64,000 nt of DNA from Narcine bancroftii (Eukaryota), in contig NC_091469.1 in assembly GCF_036971445.1 (NCBI RefSeq), forward strand, positions 195,672,001 to 195,736,000, given 5' to 3'. A model generated the notes under the pieces. That model made no database searches. It worked only from the letters and a program-made list of their open reading frames with translations, and was not told where the DNA came from. The translations under genes were made by a program, and so were the position numbers. Positions 11,101-23,880 of this stretch are shown piece by piece. Positions within the stretch are counted from its first letter, which is position 1, and the number at the start of each line of letters is the position of its first letter.

Positions 11101-12419
11101 TTAAAATAAATTTAACCCTCCAAAGTACTACAGACCCTACCTGCTATTGTGGGTTAAAATATTCCCAAAGTCCATCCTATGATTTTCCTGTTAGTTCCTG
11201 CTTAAGTCACTGAGCTATTGACATTGCAATCCTATTTTTAATTCAAATTCTGTTTTTAAAGCAATTAAGAAAAAAAAGTTATATAGGGATATAATTATAA
11301 AGAAGCATTTTCATTCCTAATTTCCATAATTTTGAAGTCCTCTGTTTTATGTTTGGAAAATGAAGCTTTATAACTGCTGAAAGCAAAGACGACATTAATG
11401 AGAAACATTTACGCTCATGATTTCTTTTGACTGGCAACTCCTCATGTAACCCAAACCTTGTTGTGATGACAGCTAAGTTGATGGGTAGTTTGCTTTGTTC
11501 AGTATGATATGGATGATGTCACTGCATTTGTGAATGGTTATAAACCACATACGACTTCCTAAAATCTCTCAATTTGGACCCTTTAAGTGCAAAACCAAAA
11601 TAATAGTTTAAATAAAAAATAATAGTATTCAGATCACAGAATGTTAATTTTTTTGCATATGGAATTCTATTTCTTACATTTTGTCTTTGACCCTCATAAA
11701 AAAGGACATTTTTATTCTGTCCTTCTTTTCAGGATCAGACACAGATTTATTCCCTCCCTGATGCCTATGGTGTTCAGAACTGGGAGGGTCAGAGAGGTGG
11801 GAAGAGTACAATAATAGATAAGATAGTGGCTCTCAGGGGACTTGTCCACTGCACACTCTATCCATCAGCCGCCTCTTTCTCTTACCAAGGTCAACACTAA
11901 TGAGGATGAGCCAGGGTCTCAGCCCCACGGGATCTTCCAATCAGCTCCCGGCAACACTCACGCATTTGCACTTACAAGCAACCACTTGCATACGACAGAG
12001 ATTGCGACAGAAAACAGCAGCTAAATCATAGACACCTGAGAAACTGTAGTGTTTCTCCACCCTACTCTATAGGTTCATATTTAAAGTTTAAAAGAAAATG
12101 CTGCCTAATGTGAAATTGAAAGCTTACTTCTGTCAAATCCTTGTTTTTAAATGGCCACTGATTTATTAACAATGTGCTACAATCAATTCTATTTTAGTGA
12201 GTACTTAATAACTACTATAGAGAGTTCTTAACTTGAGCAAATATTTAAATATGCACCATTGGATAATTCACTGTATGTACTTTTGGCTATAAATAGATAC
12301 CAGTGCTAAAATTGTATTCCTTAAGTAAAATCTTGACACTTCAAGAGATGTGAATGATCATACAAATAAACTTCAACTGTGTTGATAAATCTCTTTTTAT
12401 ATTTTAATTGTTTTTGGCA

Positions 12420-13110
12420 TGTGAAATTCCCGGCAAGTCAGGATGATCAGAGATTTGGAGGGGAATCTGCAGGTGGTGGTATTCTTATGCATTTCTATCC
12501 TTCTCCTTTTTGCTGATAGAAGTTGTCTATTTGAGGTGGCATTGGACTAGCCTTGGTGAGTAACTGTATCACATTTTTTGTAAAAGATAAACTCTTTAAT
12601 CTGAGTGCACCAGTGGTAGAGGGAGTGATAGTAGGATGATGGATGGAAGATAAACCCAATGTATTGTTTTCTCCTGAGTAGATTGGGCTTCCTAAGAATT
12701 GTTGGAGTAGCACTCATCCAAGAAGTAATGCATTCCATCAGTTTTCCAGGTTGTGCTTTGCAAAAGTGAAAAGGTTTGAGGGTTTATGGGAGTCAGAAGT
12801 TGAAGAACACTCAAAGTCTAAATTGCTCTTGTAGCCATAGAACTTACTGTTGTCCATTCAAATTTCCAATCAATGATGTCTTCTGGGATTTTGATGGAAA
12901 GGAACTTGCCATTGAATGAATATCAAAGATGCATGTTAAGACATCAGCTTGTTGGAGATGATCATTGCTATTTATTAGCCTAGCTGTTGCTACATGCAGG
13001 CATGAATGGTTTTGTTATCTGAGGAGTTGCAAATACAAATAAATATTGTGCAATCATCAGCAAAAATCCACATTTCTGATCATAAAATGGAAGGAAGGTT
13101 GTCAATGGGG
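12420..13110 (-). mobile_element. Old CR1/L2-type LINE 3' remnant (related copies near 18360-18530 and 55320-55800)
   Basis: Shared degenerate motifs such as ccttggtgag/ccttggtgaatcactgca and gagggga..ctgcaggtggtgg; heavily decayed. Confidence 0.5.
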
Positions 13111-13169
13111 CACAGAATTGATTGTTATCCAATGAAGAAAAATCAGATGGTCCAATTTCCTTCTACAAG

Positions 13170-13368
13170 CAGTTAACAGGTTCTCCATTTCGAGTTACAG
13201 CACCTGTCTAGTTACAATCCACGCCGTGGACAAGATTTTCCAGTGGAAGTGCACAATCGCGTCCTTGAGACAGGTCTTACTTGGAGCAGATTTCCTCCGG
13301 GCACATGAATGTTTGGTGGACATGACCAGATGCCATTTGGTGGATGCTACCATGTTCAAGTCATATCC
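13170..13368 (+). mobile_element. Gypsy aspartic protease fragment
   Basis: Reads IFQWKCTIASLRQVLLGADFLRAHECLVDM, homologous to PLLGADFLWANSLLVDI in the provirus at about 39900. Confidence 0.75.
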
Positions 13369-14395
13369 TGTTACTTTGCAGCATGATAGATTATAGATAT
13401 GATTTTGAGAGATAAATTGGGGCACGTTTTTTAGTGTAAGTCACATACAAAAACTTTAAAACAGATCTTATTTAAAATACTGGAGTTCTGCTCATGCTAG
13501 ACATTTTGGCACCAAGAGCCTTTGCAAAATTTTTGGTGTGTGCCCAAGAGACGTCACTAATGGATCTTTGTTTACAAAAAGGCAACAGATGAAAGAACTC
13601 ATTAGAGCCACAGACTGTCTGGAGTGGAACTTGTTGTTCTAAGTGGGTCATGTAGTTTTGCAAGCAGAGAGAAGAAACAGGCTTCCTCTCAAAGAGAGGG
13701 AGGAGAGGGAGAGGGAAGGAAGGAGAGGGGAGAGATCGGTTCTGCAGTTTTACAGTCAGCAGCAGCAGCTGGGACTAGAACAGGACAAGCTGGAAAGCTT
13801 GTGGAAAACGCATTTTGAAAAAGGGTTGTGAGTGCTTAGTTCACCCTGGTCCAACCCCTTGTGGTTCATGCAAGAGGAGAAGACTGGCTGTCTAATGTTT
13901 CACTTGAAATAAGGGTAACAAAAAGGAACTCTGTGATGACCTGAAAGAAAGTTATCATCTGGAGATCCCTTATGAGACAAGTTTCTTTGGCAAGTCACTG
14001 AAGTGGCTGATGGAAGTAAATGTACAACAAATCTCTCTCTGTAAACCGACAAGAACCTTCCTGAGCGGTAACCATTTACCTTTCAAGCACCAAAGCCTGG
14101 TGAACTTGATACATGTTAAATTCTGTGCACAGTATAAGAATTGCCTGCAACCAGTGAACTTGGAGGAATGAGAAGTGAGATTGGACTGTGAACCAAAGAA
14201 CTCATCTGAACTTACACACACATGCACTTAGAATTAGAAGGGGGTTAAGTTAGGTTAGTTAAGTCAATAGTGATATGTTAAAGTGTGATTCTGTTTTCAT
14301 GTTTAAAGATAATTAAAAGCAACTTTTGTTTAAGTAACCATTTGTATTGGTGAATATCTATTGTTGCTGGGTTTTGTGTCTCTGGGCTTGTAACA
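13369..14395 (+). mobile_element. Probable LTR (about 1 kb) of an LTR retrotransposon
   Basis: Begins TGTTAC and ends GTAACA; has a GA-rich core, a (CA) tract and an ATTAAA signal near the 3' end. No TSD found, so the left boundary is uncertain. Confidence 0.6.
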
Positions 14396-14528
14396 GTGGT
14401 CTACTGTGGAATTATTATAAATAAATCTTAAAGAATGTTCATTAAAGTATCAGTGGTGTTATCTCAAAATATAGAATCATTTTCTGTATGGATGCAGATA
14501 ACACCTAGATTGACTTCATCACCTCATC

Positions 14529-14708
14529 CAGCGATTCTCAACCTTTTATTTTCAGCTATGCCCTTTTAGGACTCTGCAGTCAGGTTTTGTTGCTTTCTTC
14601 CATACTTCTCTCCTACCCACTATACACTGTGGGCGCCCCTTATTAAGGACTTCACTCTGTGGCTCCCATGTGGTCCGGGGGGTGTATGGCCCCCATTGAG
14701 AATGGCTG
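14529..14708. mobile_element. hAT/Charlie-like MITE
   Basis: TIRs cagcgattctcaa / ttgagaatggctg; 8-bp flanks acctcatc and acttaatc match at 6 of 8 positions. Confidence 0.7.
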
Positions 14709-15859
14709 ACTTAATCCATTGGCACAAAGGTGATTCCAACAATTGAAGCACATATCAGATTTCAAGAGCTTGATTAATTAAAATCTAGCTGTGGAATGGC
14801 AAGACCATTTCTAACCACCTTAGTTAGTCTTTGATTTCCTATTCATTTCTTTGGGCTTGATTCCATCAACATAGTACTGTATCTGGGTAAGGCATGATCT
14901 ATACAAACTACACAGCCCTGAGCTCAGTGTCATACTCCATTATATTTTTGGTGCTGGAACTGCTAGCCTTCAACTTCTGCAATATTTTCCACATTTTCTC
15001 TTCAGTTCTCTTATTAAAACTCATTTGATGCTTTCATTCACCTGAGTTTCACAACTTTAATGTTTTATAATTTAGTCTCCAGTTATAACTTGCTACTAAT
15101 TCAAATATGACCAAATTTTTGCCAATTACAGCATCCCGTACCTTGATGTATCATGTTCCAAGATTCTTAAATTTGTTTCCAAATCATTTTGTGACCTAAC
15201 CATATCCAGTATTGGTGATTTTGTTCCTCATTCTTCCAGTTTTTGTTCAAAACTGCATATTTTCTGTTGGATGTCTCTTCATCCCTCCTCCCCCATTTCG
15301 ACAAAATGAGTGTTCATTTGGTCACTCTCGACTGTCCTCTAAATTCTCTTTCTAGTCCTTTCTGCCACCATCCCACTACCTAGCAGGCCCCCATCTCCCA
15401 TTTTCTCCTGCTTTCAAAGTAACCTGAAATCATTTTTTTTTTGTTGTTTCTCTCCCTCTTCTCATGCTTGCTATGATTCTAACTTTTTCTTAGAATAAAG
15501 TCCCTCATTATCCTTCCGTATTTTATGTGTGAATTAAATCATTCTGCAACTACTTGAGCCATTCATGCATGTGACTCCAGTATAATCACCACATCATCTA
15601 AACAAAAAGGTTTGTGCTAAGTTCATTCCGCTTGTGCACTATATAGTGGTATCTACATGCTATATTCTTCTACTGAAACTCTGCTTCACTCTGCTGCGAA
15701 AATTTCACTCCGTGATTTCAGCAAATAGAGGCAGTGCACTAACTTTGATGTTTTGTTAGTTTGGTGTAACAGTCAAAGAAGAGTTTTCAGTCATTAAACT
15801 TTTCTTTTTATTGTGATGGATAGAAAGTGAGAATTCATATGTTCTACAACAAATCTTAT

Positions 15860-16190
15860 GTCACCAGGATGATTTTAAAACCCTCACAAACCTTTTAAGT
15901 TAGTGCAGTCACTCTACTACATTAGCAAACGTATACACGGGAAGATCCCACAAAATTAATAAGCAAGTCAACAGTTTTCAGCAACACCAAATGAAGGATA
16001 AACACTGAAAAATATCTCCTTTGAATTATTTCATGGGAACTTTTGATCCATTTGGGATGGGAAATGGATTTGTGGTTCAGAATCTCATCAAAATATAGCA
16101 CCTTGGATAAGGCAGTATTCACTTAGTTTTGTGCTGCAAATATCAGTACAAAACCAATATTTTCTGAAAGTCTTAAGACTGGAACATAAT
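15860..16190 (-). mobile_element. Ancient Deu-domain SINE remnant (SacSINE/AmnSINE-like)
   Basis: ggttcagaatctcatcaaaatatagcaccttggataaggcagtattcacttag resembles the reverse complement of the Deu-domain consensus. Confidence 0.5.
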
Positions 16191-18569
16191 ATATTGCTTG
16201 AAAAATGTAATCTCTATGATTAATAAAATGATTAATTCTGAAGAGTGTTAATATCTTGCACACTTTCAAACAAAAGCTTCACTACATCCCAGCTTAGATT
16301 TTATTGTTAAAGTGACTGTAGAATGAATCTATCCTCCACCATCAACTTTGATTTTATTCCCACTGTTAATATAACAAGAATATTCTTATGCACTGAACAT
16401 CTGTAGTTTGAAATTTCCTTCCTGACTAAAAGGACTATCTATCTGATGTCACATGTAGTCAGTATCAGTAGATTCACAGTACATGTGCTACATCATAATA
16501 ACTGCTTTAATAGTGCACACAGATCTTTATGGAAAACACATCTGAGTGATACATTATTGCACACCCCTAATGAATATTTTAACCTTCTTCGGCTTAAAAT
16601 TTTCCAATAAACCACAAACAATTAAAAGGCCCAATGGCCCTCCTCCCCTAATTAGTCACAGTATCCTGTTCATGTGTGTATTGCTAAGTACTTCAATTAC
16701 CATCCTGCTACTGTCCTTGTTAGTACAGACAGACTGAGCCAGAAGGGAACAATTAACTGAATAGAAGCATGCAGTGTGCAGGTGGGAACCTGCATTGTGT
16801 ACCTGGCCCCAGAAAGACAGTGTTACAACATTGCACACTCTGCCAGCTGTGAGACAGAAAGAATGGACCATGGCTAGATTTTGAGTTTCTCCATTCAGGT
16901 ACTAAAGGTGAATGCTTATTAGTGATTATATTATGAACATGTCTGCTGCAATAATAGCGACTTCTCACAATTCAAATAAGAAAAACACATTAATTCCTTG
17001 AATCCCTTACATTTCACAAAATATGCGCATATATTTTTATAATATACATCTGCAAGAAAGATTTTCTACAAATCTTTACTAGTGAATAAAATAGCACAAT
17101 TACAGAAGTCAACTGAACCATGAAAGATTTTTAAAACATTAATTAGTATATACAGAATAAATATAAAAAGCTAACTTTTCTGTGGTCCTGCTTTTCTAAA
17201 AAAGGTTTTAACTCTATATTTACATTTTTTGATAAATGCACCAAATAAAGCTCCCTCGCATCTCCAATGCAGTAGAATTTCTGATGATTATCAATTTAAT
17301 TGTTCAGTTTCAGTGGATGGGCCTTTTGCTCAAGAACACCAATGTGATATATACTTCAGTATTTCTAGTAATCGACCACAGATTATCACTTAGTAAATCT
17401 GTCATAATCACACTGGGAGCATTGGTCCTACAGTGAGCAAATTTTGACTGTATAAAATATTTTTGTGCCATATCATTCATTAGACCAATCTGCTACCTAC
17501 ATGACCATTGCCAAGCCTACAGCCTAATGTCAGCTTGCAAATAGTTCCCTATTAAATTGCTATTATTATTTTAAAACCATAAGGGTGATGCTAAAGTAGC
17601 TTATACCAAATAATCTCACTTCTGGTTATGTTGCCAATTGGAAATCATTAAAAATATGCTCTGTCAATTTTTTCTTCATCATCCAGGCTTCTTGATGCAA
17701 TTGCCAACTGAGGATCATTCCAAGATTTCTAATATTTTCAATTCTCAATGTAATCCATGCCAGACTGCATACTTCCAAGTAACGCATGTCATACTATTTC
17801 TGAGTAAACCTTCAGGATTCATTCTATATTAATTTTCCAGTACTGGTAGTACCATACAGCAAAAAAAATGGAGGAAAAAAGTAAAGCAATTGTCAACACT
17901 AAACAATGCTTCTGCGTCAAAATATCAGATTAAAGATAAAATGCGTCCCCAACATCCTAACTCCACCATTCTTCAACCACCCCTCCCCATCTAATATGCA
18001 TACACATAAAATATAAACAGTTTGAATATAAAATCAGTTGAAAGTCACAGGAGGTGATTCCAAGGCATAGCTTAATCTCAGGACTTCAGGGACCAAAGGC
18101 AGCTGAACCTGCTGTTTCATCATTTACGTTATCTAAACCCCTGGTCTTGTATCAGTTCTATTTTCCTATTATAAAGTCATTTTAAATCAGCTTTACAACA
18201 TTTAGAAGAAGGTATCATATAAGCAGTGTTTTTGTGAGCACTGTTAGAAGAACTTGGAGAACTAAATAGATGTTTATGTTTATGTAACTTCTCATTTCAT
18301 TCATCTCAGAGCTTGACATAATGAATTATTTGTGATTTTTTTATTTATTCATTTTTTTTTTTAAATCCAGGCATCATTGGCAAGGCCATTTATCGTTCAT
18401 TCCTTATTGCTGGAGGAGGCAGTGATGAACTGTATTGCTGTGGTTCCTTGGTATTTTTGGGAAGGCTTTTCCAAGAATTTAGAGTTAGACCCAGCAAATG
18501 AATAATGATTTAATGTCTTGAGTGATGTTGTATGAAAAGAGTATTGTTGTATATAATGTTACATACCTT

Positions 18570-18750
18570 CATAGAGCTTTACAACACAGAAAACAGGCCC
18601 TTCAGCCCTTCTAGTCTGTGCTGAACTATTATTCTGACTTGTCCCACTGACCTGCACCCAGTCTCATCCAAATTTTTCTTAAATGTTAAAATTGAGCCCA
18701 CATTCACCACTTCAGCTGGCAGTTCGTTCCATACTCCCACCACTCTCTGG
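18570..18750 (-). mobile_element. CR1 3' end fragment
   Basis: ttcttaaatgttaaaattgagcccacattcaccacttcagctggcag is the reverse complement of 34920-34965. Confidence 0.85.
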
Positions 18751-19959
18751 ATCATAGATCATGATCTTTTCCAACAGTGAATAACTGGTGCAAAATCTAG
18801 TGAGTTTTTTTAATTCTATTTTGGAAAGTAACCAGATTTCATTCTCATTTCCCACCCACCCCCACAGTTATACAAAAGAAAAACATCAGTGGAATATTAG
18901 TCAATTGATTTGTAACAATTTTTTTCCCAGCCCTTCAACTCCAATGTTTGACCTACTGGAACATAAATTTCAGCAAAAATGGATAGAAGAACAAAAAGCA
19001 AAAGACCAAATGAAGAAGAAAAAGAAGACTCATCAGGTTTGTTTGCAGTCTTGCAGTATAAATACATTATATAAATAATATCTCTAGCCAAATTTTGGAA
19101 CATTCAATCATATTGCTCTTATCTTTTGTGCAAAGTAAATTTCAATGGTTGCCAAGCCTAAAATACTAAGTGGAATATTCTCATGCTAAATGCCATTATA
19201 AAGTCATTTGTAAATCAGCTTAATGAAAATTAATTTTATGGTATATATTTTTTACTTGGGTGAACAGTTGTAAAGAAACCAATATTTTAAGCTATTTTTC
19301 TGATTATTACAGCTAATGAAACTGAAAAGTTAATTAAATGTCAAATAAGGAGTTTGATACAATTAATTACATCTGATATTTAGATATTTATTTTGTAACC
19401 AGAATATTGCTATTGCATTATGCTGAGGTAGTGGCCTAGATCTTCCTCCTCTTGGTTGTGTATCAGTTACAATAAAATCATAATTAGATATCATCATTAT
19501 ATTATCTGATTAATGATCCAATAGATCCACATCATAACAATTTATGTGGCCTTAAACAGTTAGGTGTGATCTGATCATGGAATTTCTAATTCCAGTAGTT
19601 TTCATGCACCTAGGTTTTGTGTTTATAGACTCACTTTGTAAAGAATTATCAGACTCGTGCAGCATTCTTGAGCAAAGCCGTACCACAGGTTGATCCTCCC
19701 CCAATAGTGCACCCACTACGCTATCAAAAGGTGAGATGGTTGATTTTTGTATTTGAATTAATAATTACTAAGTATGCTGCTCAGCTTTCAATGTGAACTG
19801 CAGAGCTAGAGAATGAACAAATATACAATTCTAATTTCTCAACAATCTAGATAGATGGGGTGGTAAATCTGGTCAGAGGAATCTGATAAATATGTACAGT
19901 AATAAGCCACTTTTGCTACACAAGTCCAGAATATGACTCTCTCTCCATAAATCACCATT

Positions 19960-20220
19960 TATTTACAGTTGAAAGGTCCCAATTCTAACAAAAGTTCTTC
20001 AACCTGAAATGTTAAATCTGTTTTTTTTTTCTCCTGCAGAACAGTCTATGAATGTGAGTTTTTTTCATGTTTATCAATATTCCTCTGCAAAGTAATTGTC
20101 ACCGCAGATCATTTTCCCATACCTTGATGAAGGGCTCAAGCCCAAAATGTCAGTATCTTTATCTTTCCTATATAAAGATCATTGTTTGATCTGCTGAATT
20201 TCTCCAGGATTGTGTTTTCG
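19960..20220 (+). repeat. Two Penelope-terminus fragments with decayed hammerhead-like cores
   Basis: cttgatga-agggctcaagccc-aaaatgtc at 20123-20151 and ctaacaaaagttcttcaacctgaaatgttaa at about 19985-20015, each followed by the ctgctga..tttctccag motif or its remnant. Confidence 0.6.
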
Positions 20221-20379
20221 CAAGAAGTTACTTGATCTTGATTCACAGATATTTCAACAAAGTGGAAAGCTCTTAAGTTCAGATTACATGTTGACTTGTA
20301 CATGTATATAAAAAAAAGCCAATGAAGAGTTTAAATTTAAATTTTAAATTTACATTTAACTTTTTCAAATTTAAATTTC

Positions 20380-20600
20380 AATATACTGGCCATTTTGGTG
20401 CCCGAGCCCATACTGCCCAATTATACCTAATTAACCTACAACGCCCAGTATGTTTTGAACAGTGGGAGGAAATCAGGAGCACCCAGAGGAAACACAGTCA
20501 CAGGGAGAAGATATTAACTCCTTACAGACAGTGCAGGATTTCAAATTGGGTCCTGATTGCTAGCGCTGTAAGAGCATTATGCTAACCATGCCACCCTAAG
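20380..20600 (-). mobile_element. V-SINE (HE1-like) remnant
   Basis: gtgggaggaaatcaggagcacccagaggaaacacagtcacagggagaa..aactccttacagacag is the reverse complement of the V-domain. Confidence 0.75.
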
Positions 20601-23600
20601 ATCTTTCACCTGAAGTATTCATTCTGGTCCCTTTTCCACAAATACTGCCAGATATGCTGAGTATTTGAATTGCTTCTGTTTTTATTTGAAATTTCCAACA
20701 TCTACAACTTTTTTCTTATTTCCAATGATTTTTTTCAGTCATATTCCATTAAATTCTCTCTTGCACTATGATCAATTAATGGAGACTCTGGAGGAATGGA
20801 TTATGATTTAAACAAAACACATACAGCAGGATTTTGAACTGTACATCTAGAGAAAGAGAAAATTAAAGTCTTGACTAATTATGCCAGATTAGTCACATCA
20901 ACCAGAGACAAATTGGAGGACCCCAAATTACAAATTCAAGCAGTTTCTCTGGCCTTTGAGGTTTGGCACTGATACAAAAGAGGGCTTGGAGATGAGGATC
21001 AGTGCCTGGGGTTGGATCTCCAAGTAAAATGAAGAGGGCAGGAAACTTTATCGTAGATATGGCACCAGGGTTTTGGGAATAGTAAGGGATTGTCCAGAGG
21101 ATCAAGGTTAGAGCAGGTGATTAATCCAGAATCTTCACCAAAGATCTGAGCCAAGGGTAGGAGCGTATGACTAGGTTAGGTGGCTGAGCTTTGCCGCAGG
21201 GGATCAGAAAGTCTGAGTATGTGCAGCGGTAAGGGAATCAGAGGTCTAAAAAGAGCATTGCATAGGGAAATTATATCATTTGTGCAGGTGAGATTCATAC
21301 AAGAAAGTGACTGGTTAAATTTCCAAAGTGGCGTGAAGCAATTGAGAAATGCTCATTAACATCTGAGTGAAGTTAATTTTCTGGGGAACAATAAGTATTA
21401 TGCAATAAAATTTCCCAGCCAAAATCGTACAAATGCTATTTATGCAGCTAATGAGAAAGGATTTTACAAATCTCTGGAGGTCAATACATCAAATATTCAA
21501 CTTTCCTTTGATATGAACAAATCTTGTTTCATATTTTAGAGAAAAAAAATGTGCAGCTCACTGCACATGGAGATATCAACAGATTCTAAAAGAAATTTAA
21601 ATCTCTCTAACACTGAAATAAATGCATCAGTTACATTTAATTGGATTGTATTTTATTTCTACTTTATTCAGTTTACCATATCTATTATAATATGTTTGCA
21701 TTGTTTATCAAGGATCAAAACCTATGTCTTTGTTTTAAATGCATGTGACATTTAAATGTGCCTATGACTGGCATAAACATCAGTTTCCATTTGCAAAAAA
21801 AGTTCTGATATATTTAACTTCTTATCATTGAGTGCCTTTTGTTAGATTTTAATCAAAGTTAATAGGCAACAAGTTTTTTCAAAAAAATAGCCCTCAGTTG
21901 TTCTGAGAAAAGGACAAATGATGGGATCTGCACTGCAGATGTCACAAGGATGCTTAGAATGTTTTATGTATTTATTTAATAAATACCATTTTGTTTATTA
22001 TAACTACATGCATGGGATAAATCAACTTAACAATAGTATTCTGAAAAAACAATATTTCCTTATCTCCAACTTGTACTGAAAGAAATACAAGGATTTTTTT
22101 TCTCCTGTTTTTCCATTTGTTTTATCCTGAGGACTCTGCATTTATTTATTCAGAGTATGATGGACACACAACCATGTTGTGAATGGGAATTTTCTGCCTT
22201 TAATTACAAAATATTAATTCATGTTGAAAAAGAAAACGTTGTTTATTTATTCTCTTTCGTTATGGAAGTATAGGGAATTCTTATCTTGTGTTTAGTTTAC
22301 CATCTTTCCCTTGTTGCTGGTGGATTGTAATCAAAGGTAAGAACAGAGATTTTTCCCTTGACTCATCTCATCAGAACAAATTTACCATTATGGTATTGTG
22401 CCTGATAAATGGTATTAGCCACTAAAATGACTTGATAATCATTGTGACCATAAGGTATGATCAATCAGGTTACACAGTAAACAGCAAAAGCACTGCTTTC
22501 GAATGGTGATTTAAAAGCCAATGTTAGATTACAGCCTTAAATTAATACACAACTCCATACTCACACAAGACAGAATGATTCCAAAGCAATCATACATGAA
22601 GCAAGCAATGTCCAAGAAATACCAGTAGCATAGACTGAGGGTACAAATTGATTTTCCAGTCATGTAAAGTTTTGTCAAGGTTTTCATGCCTTCTACTTGA
22701 AAATACTTTGATTATTAATTCAAGTCACACTTAATGATGTAATAGAGTAAAATGATGGGGGTGGGGAGGGAAAGGGCAGAAAGTCTGGAACAAATAGGGC
22801 TGAAATAGTTCATCTCATCATTCAAGGAGTACAACACTTGTTTGCAATTCTGCAAATGATGGCAACCACACCTGGTACAGTGATTCACCTTACTACAGTT
22901 TGCATAAAATGGTTTATAGTATTGAAAAATTCAATTAATTTGGTGATGTTGCTCCTTTACATAAAACAAAAGCAATTTGAAACCTAGCACAATACATTAC
23001 AGGCTGAATGTGTTCAAATATGCTGCAAGTATTCATTGTACAAATTTAAAGGATTAAAATGGGAAGAAAATAGACAGGGAAAACTCAAAAATAAAAAGGA
23101 TCTTCAAAACTGTTGTCATTGGAATATGCTTTGAAGGAAACAAGCTGTGTCCAAGCCCCATCCGAAATTTCTCTGCATATTACATTTTTCAATTCCTTGG
23201 ACACCCTGTAAGTATGTGTCCCATTAGCATATGTCAGTAATCATTTTATAAGTTGCCTGTCAGCCCAAAGCTGTTCTACCAGGTAATGTCAAGGAAAGAA
23301 CACGACCCTTCAGTGTTCAGCAGATTGTGTGAATCGCTGGAGATCTGAGGGGGCAGCTTACACACCGTACTCAATCCCTCATCCTCTCCGTCTCTTCTGC
23401 ATTTCTGAAACTCAAACTGCAGGGAGATAACCATCTGCCTTTCTTAATGATGGTATCTTAGGTCTTTTCTGCAAATAAGGTAGATGATAGCAATTGCAGC
23501 CTTAAACAACTGAAGAATGGATTTAGATTTATTCAGTGCCTTTAAGAATCAGGTTTAAATGTACTCCGCATAGTGATATGACTGCACTGTGTGATAGTGA

Positions 23601-23880
23601 AAATGACAACTTTTCTGCAATTACCAATCTACTCTCCCAAACCCATATCTCTTACACCCTTATCCCTATTAAAATTATTACTCACCTTCAGCTTGGACAT
23701 TCTCTTGTACTGCTTTCATCTTAGCTCTCTTGATCCTAAGGAACACACAGACTTGAATGAATACAAAGACTTATTCAGTGCCCAAATAAGCTGGACGACA
23801 TAAAGCTGTTAAGGCCCTGGTGTCAACAGGCAAAACTGCTCACTAGTCTATTATCACCTTGAACTGCAGAGTTAACCACG

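Noticed and set aside
11886-12036. Selenoprotein exon via in-frame TGA readthrough
   Set aside because: No similarity to a selenoprotein family that I recognise, and no SECIS seen.
13369-14395. Clean solo LTR with TSD, or an intact element together with the adjacent protease fragment
   Set aside because: The flanks (atcc and gtgg) do not match, and a protease directly abutting an LTR is not a normal layout. Kept only as a probable LTR.
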